Below are positions 38,721 to 50,639 of a stretch of 64,000 nt of DNA, in pieces. Numbering within the stretch: position 1 is the first letter of the stretch; each line of letters starts with the position of its first letter. Source of the stretch: Eledone cirrhosa (taxonomy: Eukaryota); contig OZ024741.1 of assembly GCA_964016885.1 (NCBI GenBank), forward strand, positions 199,082,001 through 199,146,000. Reading direction: 5' to 3'. The notes beneath the pieces were generated by a model. The model ran no database searches, had not been told where the DNA came from, and saw nothing but the letters and a program-made list of their open reading frames with translations. The translations under genes were made by a program, and so were the position numbers.

Positions 38721-39054
38721 TTTGCGCCACCAGCACTAGAGAGGATGTCTTACTAGACTCAAGGGCCCTCTCTACCCCTCCATTTACAGCATGGTCATAA
38801 AAAAAACAAACACTTATTGACACGACACACACTCACACACCAACACTCATGCAAACAAACTACAAACACACACGCTACTCACACAGCAACACTCATGCAT
38901 GCATACAAACACACACACCACTCACATACACACACATATATATATATATATATTACCGGCAGTACTGATACAAAATCAAAATCATGTCAACTGTTGACTT
39001 TTCCCAGTCCAGTTCAGTTTTTATATAATAATAATAATAATTGTTTGCTTTACG

Positions 39055-39561
39055 CTGGTGATGGTGGTGGTGGATGGTGTCAGTCATGGTGATGATGGTG
39101 TCTGGTGGTGGTGGTGGTGGTAGTGGTGGTAGTGGTGGATGGTGTCAGTGATGGTGATGGTGGTGGATGGTGACTGATGGTGGCGATGGTGGATGGTGCT
39201 AGTGATGGTGGCGGTGGTAGTAGTGGTGGTGGTGAAGGTAGTGGATGATGTCGGTGGTGGTGGATGGTGGTGGTGGATGGCGGTGGATGGTGACAATGAT
39301 GGTGGTTGTGGTGGTGGTGAAGGTGGTGGATGGTGTCAGTATGGTGATGGTGTCAGTGGTGGATGGTCAGTGATGGTGGTGGCAGTTGTTGTTGCTGTCG
39401 TTGTTATTGTAGTTGCTGCTGCTGCTGCTGCTGCTGTTGTTTTTGTTGTTGTTCTTCTTCATTTCACTGATGCTGCTGCTGCAGACAATGGTGCTGTTGC
39501 TGTTATTGTAGTCGCATATATATAAATACATACATACACACACATTCAACACAGACAATGG

Positions 39562-39594
<33 letters not shown>

Positions 39595-39625
39595 AGTTGC
39601 TGTTGTAGTTGTAGTTGTTGCTGTG
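39055..39625. repeat. (GGT/GAT/GTT/GCT)n low-complexity tract
   Basis: Direct inspection. Confidence 0.9.
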
Positions 39626-39672
39626 TTGAAATCTGGTTGCATCCACTGAGATATACATATACATACATATAT

Positions 39673-39734
<62 letters not shown>

Positions 39735-39854
39735 TAAAATAACAGATTAAAGTTTAAGCAAAGAATCGCTGCTTTCACCCTTAACGGGATCTTCTGATAT
39801 ATATTTATCCTTATCGAGCCCTCTTTGGATTTTAGTCTTCAAATTTATTATTAT

Positions 39855-39908
<54 letters not shown>

Positions 39909-40094
39909 ATACATCAAAGGAGTTAGCAGTATGTCAACAGTCAACAGGTCAGCCAGCTTAGATAGGGTAATGAGTTATGTGGTGATGGTGGGGAGCGAGT
40001 GTAGACGTTATTGTTATATATAAATATTTTGTATATATGTATAAATATTCGTATATATGTATAAATATTCGTATATATGTATAAATATTCGTAT

Positions 40095-40474
40095 ATATGT
40101 ATAAATATTTCGTATCTCCAAGGAAATACGGTTTTAGGAAGCCGTAGCTATGCAAACACTGAGGGGCTAACGCACTCTGGTGATGTCCAGCAGAAGCAAG
40201 GGGGACAACCGTCTATGCATTTCAGGCTTAACTGGCTTTCGTCAGGACGGTCCCTCCCACCGCTTGTGACTGCTGGACTAGAAGACAGACGAAAATATAT
40301 ACATTTCTCGTCTGTGCAAATGTGGTGATTAATCTCATTTGCATATGAAGCTGCATAAGTTGGCTCAACTTATAATAAAAAAGAAATAGGATTTCGCTTC
40401 AATGATAGCTTTATACAATATGTATACATATTTCATATCTCCATGGAAATACAGTTTTAGGAAGCCGTAGCTAT
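40095..40474 (-). mobile_element. Retrozyme-like hammerhead monomer, copy 2 (period 323 nt, 57-nt terminal redundancy)
   Basis: 40095-40151 is repeated with a few substitutions at 40418-40474; hammerhead at 40208-40251; ATTTGCAT at 40337-40344. Confidence 0.8.
40208..40251 (-). ncRNA. Type I hammerhead ribozyme, intact core
   Basis: Reverse complement ACCGTC-CTGACGA-AAGC cagttaa GCCT-GAAA-TGCA-TA-GACGGT; perfect 6-bp stem I, palindromic stem III ATGCAT, AUA cleavage triplet. Confidence 0.8.
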
Positions 40475-40810
40475 CAGCCGTACTAAGAGTGAGAAATGAA
40501 ATTTTGTTTCATTCTTTTCCATTTATTGTTTTCGGTGCTCCCGGCCGACTAACTCACTCGATATGCAAATTAGGCTGCTCAGCCGTTAATATGCATAAGG
40601 AAAGTATATACTTTCAGACGCTCAATCATCTGGCAGGAAGGTATACGATGCTGGCGATAGCTAATAAGCTTGAAACTAGTACATCGTTCCTGTGTCAGTG
40701 TTGAACAAAAAGGCGACGATGGTTGCCTGATCACTGTACGGTGTAATTCGGGCTGTTTGTTTACAAATAAACCGAACATTATAATAAATGTTCGGTAAAC
40801 CCATACGTAC
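40475..40810 (+). mobile_element. Second hammerhead-bearing structured unit (retrozyme-like family 2)
   Basis: ATGCAAAT at 40563-40570, hairpin gaaagTATATActttc, hammerhead at 40645-40687, terminal hairpin accgaacatt/aatgttcggt; single copy in the window. Confidence 0.6.
40645..40687 (+). ncRNA. Type I hammerhead ribozyme with one core substitution (CUGGCGA)
   Basis: ACGATG-CTGGCGA-T-AGC taataa GCT-T-GAAA-CTAG-TA-CATCGT; stem I extends through cagga/tcctg across a bulge. Confidence 0.7.
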
Positions 40811-40815
40811 ATATA

Positions 40816-41065
40816 TCATCATCATCATCATCAACGTTTAACGTCCGTGTTCCACGCTTGCATGGGTTTGGACGGAGGTAGTCCCACTTGAGGCAAGAGT
40901 GATTGTCTTGCTCACATAGGACTGTCTGGCAGGTTTTCTACAGTTGGATACCCTTCCTAACACCAACCACATTTACAGTGTGGGTCTGGGAGGTTTTTAC
41001 CGTGTTGCCTACACGGCCACATTACAGCGTGGACTGTGTGTTTTTTTGTCGTGACACCTACATGA
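40816..41065 (-). mobile_element. RTE 3'-tail / RTE-derived SINE-like fragment
   Basis: (CAT)n followed by sequence matching 61495-61750; a similar piece lies at 41975-42192. Confidence 0.75.
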
Positions 41066-42569
41066 TATATATATATATGTGTGCATGTATGTATATATAT
41101 ACATACTACTGTACGTCTGTATACATATATGTATGTACGTATACATACAGACATATATATATATATATATTTATTAAAATAACAGATTAAATTTTAAGCA
41201 AAGAATCACTGTTAGTTAATCATGGTGTAATAGTAGAAAAAGCACTCTACGTTACACAACTCATCCAACGTTGATGTTGAATCCTGTAGTTGATGATAAA
41301 TATTGGTTTGATTAAAACAACATGAGGCTGGACTGGTGATGTTCCTTTAAAGTTTTATTGTTGTAAAACACTATATATATATTTATGTAAGACCCTGGTG
41401 ACGTCATCAGGTGCATATTAATACCTAATTAGTTAAACAATAAAAGAAAATATAGACAAAATATTTGATTTGGAGATGGCCTGCCACCTAGGTATTATTG
41501 TTGTCGCTGACCATCCCTGAATAGCAAGCTAGTCAATGCAAAGCATTGTGGGTTTGGTAGGCCCGGCCAAGGTGGGTGTGGGGCTAGTATGGTGGTGACA
41601 TATATCCTGTTTTTTATAGATACTACTATGCTGATGATAGCTACTCTGACCATAGTGACCAGGGTGGGCTTAGTCATTGAAATACACTGTCAGTGAAAAT
41701 ACACTGGCCAAAACCAGTTAAGTATGATGATGATGAAGATCAGATTACTGTAGATGTGGAGGCCCGGTTATAAAATTCTAAAATGACCAAAACAATTCTA
41801 TAAAGTGTTTAAAAAATATAATGAAAGTTTGGTGTTAAATAAATGAACAAAAATGAATGATGAAAAATACATTTAATACATTTAAGAAAAAGTATAAATT
41901 ATAAAAAGTTTAAATTAGGAAAACCTGTAAAAAAAGGAGTAAGTATCGATAAAGTATAGACACACACACACACATCATCATCATCACCGTTTTACGTCCG
42001 TTCTTCCACGCTAGCATGGGTTAGACGGGTTGTCCTGTTGTGAGCAGTGTCTGGTCGGCTGACCATGTCTTGCTCATACAGGAACTGATTTGGCTTGATT
42101 TCTACAGCTGGATGCCCTTCCTAACACCAACCTCATTTACAGTGAGTGCTGGGTGCTTTTTTTCCGTGGCGCCTACACGTCCACTTTACAGGTACACACA
42201 TGTATATTATTGTATTCATTGCCTGTGTTTCGATAAAATAATATATTTAGTTCTCATTAATATGTGTGTATTTGTATTGTGAAGGAATGAGTGTGGCTTG
42301 GTGTTCTGTCTATAATGACTTATGTGAAGGTCTGAAGAATGAAGTCAGTACTGAGGAAATTTAATTCCAAGCACTCTAGGAATGGGGACACATTCTGGAA
42401 CCTTGTGTTTAACTTGGACAGCCCTCATATGTAACTTTCGGTATAAATACCTGAAAAACATGTAACCAGGCCATTGAAATATATATATATAGTGTTTTTG
42501 CAACAATAAAACTTTAAAAGAACATAACCAGCCTGGCCTCCTGTCATTTAATCAAACCTATATATATAA

Positions 42570-43348
42570 TGGCCATGTTCGATATGTAGAAAAGGAGTTG
42601 GCATAAATTCTATATAATGTAGACAATGCAGATCTTGTAACACAAGAGGTGTAGTAGGATAGCAGGAAAACTAACAGGAAGGGAAAACTACATATGCAGT
42701 AGATGTTCAGGGAAATTTGATAGTAGAAGGTGGTTGATAGCTTCCGATACCTAGGTGATCAGATTAGCAAGGGAGGGGGATGCTCTGAGGCCATAGTATC
42801 TAGAATAAGGATGGATTGGAAGAAGTTTAAGGAGCTGCTTCCTCTGTTGACAACAAAGGGTTTCTTCCTTCAAACGAAAGGCCGGTTATATGATACCTGT
42901 GTGAGATACGTGATACTGCATGGTAGTGAGACATGGGCAGCAACTGTGGAGGATATGCAATGGCTGGAGAGAAATGAAGCAAGCATGCTCCGATGGATGT
43001 GCAATGTCAATGTGCGTGAATGACCAAGCATAGATGAGTTGAGAGTGAAACTTTGTATAAGGGGGATAAACTGTAGTGTGCGGGAGAGACGACTGTATTG
43101 GTATGGCCATGTGATGCACATGGAGGATGACCGTTGGGTAAAGAAGTGCCAAGATCCCAGTGGAAGGAAGACGCATTAGAGGAAGACCACGACAATCACG
43201 GGCGGAGGTGGTGAGAGCTGACCTCAGATCACTGAAGCTCACAGAGGAGATGACGAAGGACCTTGACGAATGGATGGATGCTGTGCTGAAGAGGACCCGT
43301 CTCACCCTTGCAAACAGGGAAAAGCGGATGTAAAATGACGATGATGAT
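42570..43348 (+). mobile_element. RTE-clade LINE 3' fragment
   Basis: VDSFRYLGDQI...HGSETWA; (GAT)n tail. Confidence 0.88.
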
Positions 43349-44709
43349 ATATATATTATATATATATATATGTGTGATATTTGCTCAATTTCTGTGTGTG
43401 AAAACCCTAGCTTTTGCAGATGTTACCCAGGCATTTACTAACAAACTACACCAATAATTAATGGTATAAATTTAAATTTATAATCTGGGTAGAGAAGCTG
43501 AAGGCTCTGAAGCAGTTGTCCATAATTATTCACTTTCTCACATTCAATTACATACTATAACAGGATATGATTGAGGCAAGCCAACTAAAACACTCATGCC
43601 ACATGTGATAGAGAGGCTAAGATACTGGAATAGCCAAGCACCATCATAAGCATCAATTGATACTTCAGTAAGGCAAGCTACTAACTTCTTATGTATAAGA
43701 CTGAGGCAGTCTCGGGTTGTTGTTCTCCTGATCGAGATCAGAGATCAGTAATCAGTAATTGGTTTCCAGAGCTCACCACGAGGAGGCTGACAACTTGGGC
43801 CACTCCCTACCATAAATGACAAGAACCTTCTTGTCTTTCCTCCAGGTTCCCCGAACATCATGAATGTTCCAGGCTGAAAAAAAAAAGACAATTCCATTCA
43901 CATCTATGATACATTAAAGTGGCTAGGGCAAGTACAGAGGTTGTATATGGTTTGGTATAATTGTGACAGTTATCCAATGTTCACTAGATCTTCCTTTCCC
44001 CCTCAATTGTGTGTATTTATTTTAATATATGTGTGTAAGTGTGTATATATTTCTATGTGTGTATGTTTCCATGTGTATATATGTATACATATTTGATTTT
44101 GTATGTATATCTGTTATATGTATATATGCCTTTCATTAAAATACTTCTAATGAAATGCACTGCATATGTTTTTCAATTAATTTTTAAAATAATCAAATAT
44201 TTTCAAAGAATTTAATAAGATGATTAACTCTTTCATTAGTAAGCTGATGTTTAGAACATTATTTACATAGAATTATGATGAAAGGATTTAATATAATTAT
44301 AAACTTTTTCCAATGTTGTACCATATATCCAGGGTGGTTGCAGACAGTTTGGTTTCAAAAAGGACATACACACACATACTCATACATGTGTGGTGTGAAT
44401 ATATATTTACAAGCATGTATGTTTGCACTCTCACTGATGCAGATTCCCTCACACACAAACACACAATCACAAATGCTTCTAACTAGTTGTCAATATGAAT
44501 TGAACCAGCTTTCCTTAGAATCTGATATGATATAGTTCATTATAGTTGTAATACACATTAGTTCTTCTCTAATCTTTATCCTTATTGAATTATGGATTAG
44601 TTTTTTTGCAGCCATTTTTGCTTTTGTTTTCTCCCTCCCAAATAAAATCCCTTATAAATGTAATTCATTGCACCATTCTCAATTGTTCATTGTTTTTTCT
44701 TTTCTACAG

Positions 44710-44802
44710 ACAAACAGTTTTGAACAGTTATGTATCAACTACACTAATGAGAAATTGCACAAATTTTTTAACAGTTATGTTTTTGCCCTGGAGCAAGAAA
44801 TT
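44710..44802 (+). CDS. Myosin exon f, relay helix ([31 protein letters not shown])
   Basis: tacag|ACA...ATT|gtaagt; 93 nt, phase 0/0; follows the 32,868-bp intron 11842-44709. Confidence 0.96.
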
Positions 44803-46392
44803 GTAAGTATTGCTGTCTATTGTTTGTCCAGTGTTTCTTTTTAATATTTTGGTTTGTCTGATAAGTTAGTACCCATTCCCTTTTTTACATCCACCTCAAC
44901 TGGAGAATTGGAACATAGATAATTCCTGGATACCTGAACATCAATTATTGCAATTTCAGATTATCCAAACAAGATCTCAAGGTCCTGAGAAAACTGAATT
45001 AATTATATTGTGTGTAAACAGAACTTGAGAATAACACGGATGCTACTATTTTGTCTTTTGTTTACAATGATTAAAACTGAATTTGAATTATTGAAAATCA
45101 TGTGAAAAGGTGGTATCAGCACTTGTGTGATGATGGCATCTTTTGTGGAGAGTTATCAAAACTACTCTGTCAGTTGGTCTCAGCCAGTCACTTTAGTATT
45201 AAGATAATTTTAACATGTAAAAATGACTGACATGATGAAGGATTTAAAAGCAAGGCAAAATCAGTGGTGTTTTAAATCAGTCTGTTACTGTGAAGACCAT
45301 TGACAATCAAATTCAAAAGCAAGATTTTTCATTATCTGGATCATAGTAATAAGGTATCCTAAATTTTACAAAGATAATATTTTATTGATTGAATGATATA
45401 AAAATTCTGTAAATATATTTTTTAAATGTTATTATGTATAGCTTTCTTTGTTTACAATTAGGTTAACTATCTAAACTAAATACTCTCTGATAATCACATT
45501 TTGATAAATGCGATCAAACTAATTGAGTTAAGTTGTAGTTTCTGAATATATAACTCCATTTAAGATGTGATAAACTTTTAAAGTTCTGCACCACATAAAA
45601 CCAAACTAGCAAGACATTTTAGAAAAGTACAAAACCTCAATTTTGACTGCATTGAAATTATAGTCTACTTTCATTTATTTGAATTAACAAACCAGTTTTT
45701 AGATATGTTCTGCTACACCATTACTAGATGTTAAGATAAAGAGCTAAGAATGTTTAGGTAGATGCTTATATATGTAATTTTATGCAGTTATACTCTCAGA
45801 ATTGAATATTATTATGCACACACGAGCCCTTAACTCCTGATAGGGTTATAGAGGCATGTTTTAGGCATTTTAAACTTGGCAGAACTCAGCTCCTTTCCAT
45901 GTCTGATCACAACTGATTTGTTTGAGAGAAAGACAGACAGAAAGAAAGGGAGTGAGAAAGAAGCATATAGGAAGAATCAAGTTGGTGGACTCTAGGTGCA
46001 ACAGGTTCAAATTTGACAAGGCCCACTGACATGTGTCCTTGTACAAGAAAAATAACTCTGCTTTACCCCAATATCTACTCTTATAAGTACTCAGTTGGTG
46101 AGTCGTTAGTAAACTGTAGGAAGACTATTCAGAGGTTGAAATAGTTACTTTAACAGTATGACAATATCTAAAATTTCATGGGGAAATATATATAAATGAA
46201 ATATACACAGAAGCATAAAGCACAGCTACCTGCATAATCTTTTAGCAACATAATCTTTTTAGTGTAATTTTCTATGCTGATTTAGAATAAAGGGGGATTA
46301 ATAGAGAAGAAAGATTTAGTTTGTTGTTTTCTAGATATTTAATATAAGAATAAATTATTTTATTATTGCATTGATTTTATGTTTTTTTTTAG

Positions 46393-46467
46393 TATGATAA
46401 AGAAGAAATCTGCTTCTCACATATAAATTATACAGACAACAGTTTGTGCGTGGAACTCATTGAAAAG
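46393..46467 (+). CDS. Myosin exon g (YDKEEICFSHINYTDNSLCVELIEK)
   Basis: ttttag|TAT...AAG|gtaaat; 75 nt; matches EY..EGI.W..I.Y.DN..C.DLIE. Confidence 0.93.
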
Positions 46468-48179
46468 GTAAATAATCATTTGATTATCATAGTCTTCTCC
46501 CTATAGATAGCTTAAGCTTTTTGTTGTTACAAACCTGCCCAAAACTGCTGTAGTTTTATGATACAATTTTGCTCATTTTAAAACGATCATACTTAATATT
46601 AAAATCTTCCATAATAATTTTATTCAAGGTGCTTTTTGTAATTTTCTAAACATCAGACTACTAATGAAAATGTTATTTTATTAAATTCCTCCAAATTTGT
46701 TGATATTTTCAAAATAAATGGAAGCGTATAGATTATCTTTAAAAATATGATAATAAAAGAGTTCAATATACTTTTGATTATATTATTGATTTTGTGGTTG
46801 TTTCATGCTTCTTTAGAAGGTTATGTTGTGTTTTATAGATCTCCCAAGATAAATATTTGTGAGGCTTAGCTAATTAAGCCACAACTTATTAGTCAAATGT
46901 TGGTGTTGGTTGTGAGCCCAAGAAAGATACTTCACATTTTATGGCTCAGCTACTTGACTGTAAAAAGTAAATGGCTGGTTCACCACTGTATCACTGCCAA
47001 CATTTTAACCCTTTCGATACAAAATCACCTGAAACTATTCATGTTTTTATGATACAAAACTGTTTTAAAGTGTTTATGTTTATTGAAAAACCTTCCATTA
47101 AAATTTTGTGTAAGAACTTTTAAGTTGTGCCCAAAACACCAGTTTAATAATGAAAACGTTAGGTTACTAAATACCTTCAAATTCTTGATTATTTTCAAAA
47201 TATTTGAAAATCATAAGCAATGTGTTTCATTAGAAATATGGTAACAAAAGACTCAATAGCATATATTTGAATATTTTCATAGGCTAAAAAACCTCAGGCA
47301 TTGTCATTGTGCCTGCTAAAGATCAAACTATCTTTTCTCTCAATACATTACCTGTTTCAAATTTCCATTAAATGATGCTTTGGGCGACAACTCACGAAAA
47401 AAACAAATATTTTCCATTTTGAGTTGTTGCCCTTACATTTGTTTGATTTTTGTTTTGTTAAAATTTGTTCAACAATCTTTACCTCTCAGAAAGCTGGATT
47501 TAGTTTCAGTTAACCGAAGTTATTGTATTCACTATATTAAGTATACATTTCACTAATTTTATATTGAAGTACTTAGGTGATGGGAAAAAATAGGGGAAAT
47601 ATTTGAGGTTCTACTCAACTAATCTTAGCTCGTTTGCATAATGAATCTTACAAATTCACCACTGTTGTTGATTATAAAGGTGGGTGTATTAAAAAAATGT
47701 TAATAATGTATTCCTGGTTATATGTTTTTTGCTGTTTGTTGACATGTATCTGAATATAGGAATAGACATTTCTTTTGTATCTGGCTAGCTCAGGTTTGAC
47801 CCCGAGCAAGATAGTTGGTTAATATCCATGAGCTCGGCTGATCTTGCTTAGTGATCCAGCCAGATCAATTGAAGATGATTGCTTCTGACAATTGCTTCAG
47901 GACCTGCTAAAAGGCGTGCTTGAGAACTCTGCCCAACAATCCTCCCAGGAATATGTGGGTGAAGAAGTTGTAGTATCCATATGCAATTTATGATAAATAC
48001 TTATTACTCTTGAGAAATGGAGGTATTGCTAAATGGATAAGACATTGAACTTCTTCGTTAGATGTTCAAACAGGCTGCAAGCAATTTGTTGACTTTTTAG
48101 AAAAAAACACACACTATTCTACAATATAGCATTTCATCTAGTTGTCAACATTCTTTCAAACTTTTCTTAAATTTTCCAG

Positions 48180-48230
48180 GCACCCCGATGCATACTGAAA
48201 ATATTAGATGAAGAATGCCGATTTCCTCAG
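48180..48230 (+). CDS. Myosin exon h (APRCILKILDEECRFPQ)
   Basis: ttccag|GCA...CAG|gtaagt; 51 nt; LLDEEC.FP motif. Confidence 0.93.
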
Positions 48231-49610
48231 GTAAGTTTATTCTTGCTTTATAAATTCTAAATGAATATGTACTACCTTTTAGTCAAATGCAAAACAAAAG
48301 ATTTCGTTAGTTGGACAATTCTGCATACATTACCATGTAATGTAGTGAAGATAAGAAATAAATGGAGCTTGGGATGTACTAAATACCCAGGCAAACATCA
48401 CAGTAGCAGAAGCCAAATTAAAGACCATGGACGGTTAAGTTAATTTATTGGAATAAAAAAACTGCAGCTGCCTTGGGCAATCGAATATGATATGTTTTTG
48501 CTAAAGTCTTTAGGTGCCCATGCAGTCACAAGCAGACATGGATATCCTCTCAACCTTCTCTCCATTAATCCAGTAGAACATCCAGGATGTGACAGCTGGA
48601 AGAAGAAGGGGCTGCACCAGCATTGGGATGGTACTTTCTTTATCAACCCTGAATAGATGAAAGGCAAAGTGGATCTCTGCAGGGTTGAAAGTCAGAACAT
48701 AGAGAGCCAGAACAAATATTCAATGCTCTAATGGTTCTACCAAATTGGATGCTTTTATTGGAATTAGTAAATAGGTCCTGTTATCTTTCGAATATAATTG
48801 ATGTTAATATTATTCTAGTGAAAATATTGGATATAAAAATATGAACTGAGTGAAAGAAGCCTCTGTTGGCTACTAGGTGTTTTCTCTCTCTATATGCTGG
48901 TTGTAAGATACACAATGCTCTATAGCAATAAGACATCATTGTGTAGTGCAGAAGGTCTGGTTTCAGTGGAAAACAAAATACTGTGTGTAAGTATGATATG
49001 GAAGTTGACATCAAATAAATGAAAAAAAAGGAGTATCAAACATAGGTAATATAAGCACGAGATCCACAACTAATATGGACCACTTGTAGAAATGTATGAT
49101 AACAGTAGCTGTGACTATTGCAAATTGATGGTAGATAGTATACATGGCAGTGGATGAGCAACAGGCATATAAAAAAGTGCTACAATGAAATTTGAAAATA
49201 CTGGGCTTCGCAATACTAATAGAGATGAGCTTTAGCACAGACTTTGCTAATCAGTGCTAGCATGGAAAAACAGATATTGAAGTACTGATGATGTCAGTGA
49301 TGATGATGGTAGTGATGGCAGTGATGTTACTATCATTGTATATTTTATAACCCTTCTCTATATATTTTAACATTCATGGATTAAGAGGACACTTTAGCTG
49401 TGCCAAAGACATGACAACCTCCCTAGTGTTAGTGATATGTATGATAAATACACCCAGTACATGATGTAAATTGGTTGGTAATAGGAAGGGCTTGCAGCCA
49501 TAGAAAGCTTGCCAAACAAAGGATTGAGAGGACTCTTAAATTGTGCCAAAGACACGACAACCTCACTAGTGTTAGTGTCATGATAGTAGAGTACAAGATC
49601 AGTGGCTCCA

Positions 49611-49672
49611 ATTGAATTCAGCCCCCACTAACAGATTGAATTCAGCCCCCACTAACAGATTGAATTCAACCC
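49611..49672. repeat. 24-bp tandem repeat, about 2.5 copies
   Basis: attgaattcagcccccactaacag repeated. Confidence 0.85.
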
Positions 49673-50429
49673 ACATTAGCAGAGAAACCAAACATTACGG
49701 TGATGATGATAATGATTTTTGTTAAATAATAGTTTCTACTTTTGGCAAAAGGCCAGCAATTACCCCAGTTCGTCACTGGTGCTTTATTTTATCAACCCTG
49801 TAAGGATGAAAGGCAAAGCTAACTTCTTAAATTCTTTGTCTAAAATTAGATTACTCTCACCTGTCTCTTGATTCATTGGTGTAGATATAATTTTGTGCAG
49901 CCTGTAATCGATTAAATGAAAATCTAGTTAATTATCATCATTGCTTTCAATATGTAAATTGAATGAATTTACTATACTGTGCCATATCTCTCAATCTATC
50001 TCAATTTACTATAGAACATCTCTCTATCTATCTCAGTCCTATGCCATCATATATTTGAGACCTAACTATTTATTTCATATAAACTTTGTTAGTCAACCTT
50101 TGTCACACATCTACCTTTGTTAGTCAATTCCTTAAAATGGTTGCTTTGCACCGACAATTGAAGGAATTCTTTAACAAGTTAAAATGTAGGAAACCAATCT
50201 TTTACCTCTCTTCTCAGAGATAGAGTTTCTAACTGTAGAAGCTCCAACCCACACTGACCTTGCCTAATTAATACATAGACATATTTATACCATCTCAGAA
50301 CACCAATACTACTATACTGTTATTACAAGACTAGTATTTCTTATAGAAAATACATACATTGAAAAATAATAGCAGCATCAATAATTGTACTGGAGGTGTA
50401 CATATTACCAAATACAAGGTAATAATAAT

Positions 50430-50612
50430 AATTGTTTCTACTTATGGCACAAGGCCAGCAATTATCCCAGTATATTACTGGTACTTTATTTTATCGACCC
50501 CGTAGGGATGAAAGGCAAAGTTAACCTCGGCGGGATTTGAACTCAGTCCGTAAAGGGACGTAACTGTGCTGCAAAGCATGGCGTCCGACCCTCTACCGAT
50601 ACTGCCAATCCA
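50430..50612 (-). mobile_element. tRNA-derived SINE with an acaaggtaataataataat TSD-like repeat
   Basis: Full A-box, B-box and core. Other copies at ~2868-3060(+), 3370-3510(-), 6360-6515(-), 23448-23645(+), 25280-25455(-), 48620-48750(-), 49730-49825(-) and 51303-51520(-). Confidence 0.85.
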
Positions 50613-50639
50613 CAAGGTAATAATAATAATAATAATAAT

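Noticed and set aside
39084-39684. His/Thr/Val/Gly-rich ORFs
   Set aside because: Trinucleotide low-complexity sequence with no splice or domain support
40015-40115. CRISPR-like array (also 49611-49672 and 1816-1905)
   Set aside because: Head-to-tail repeats without unique spacers; eukaryotic intron context; no cas genes
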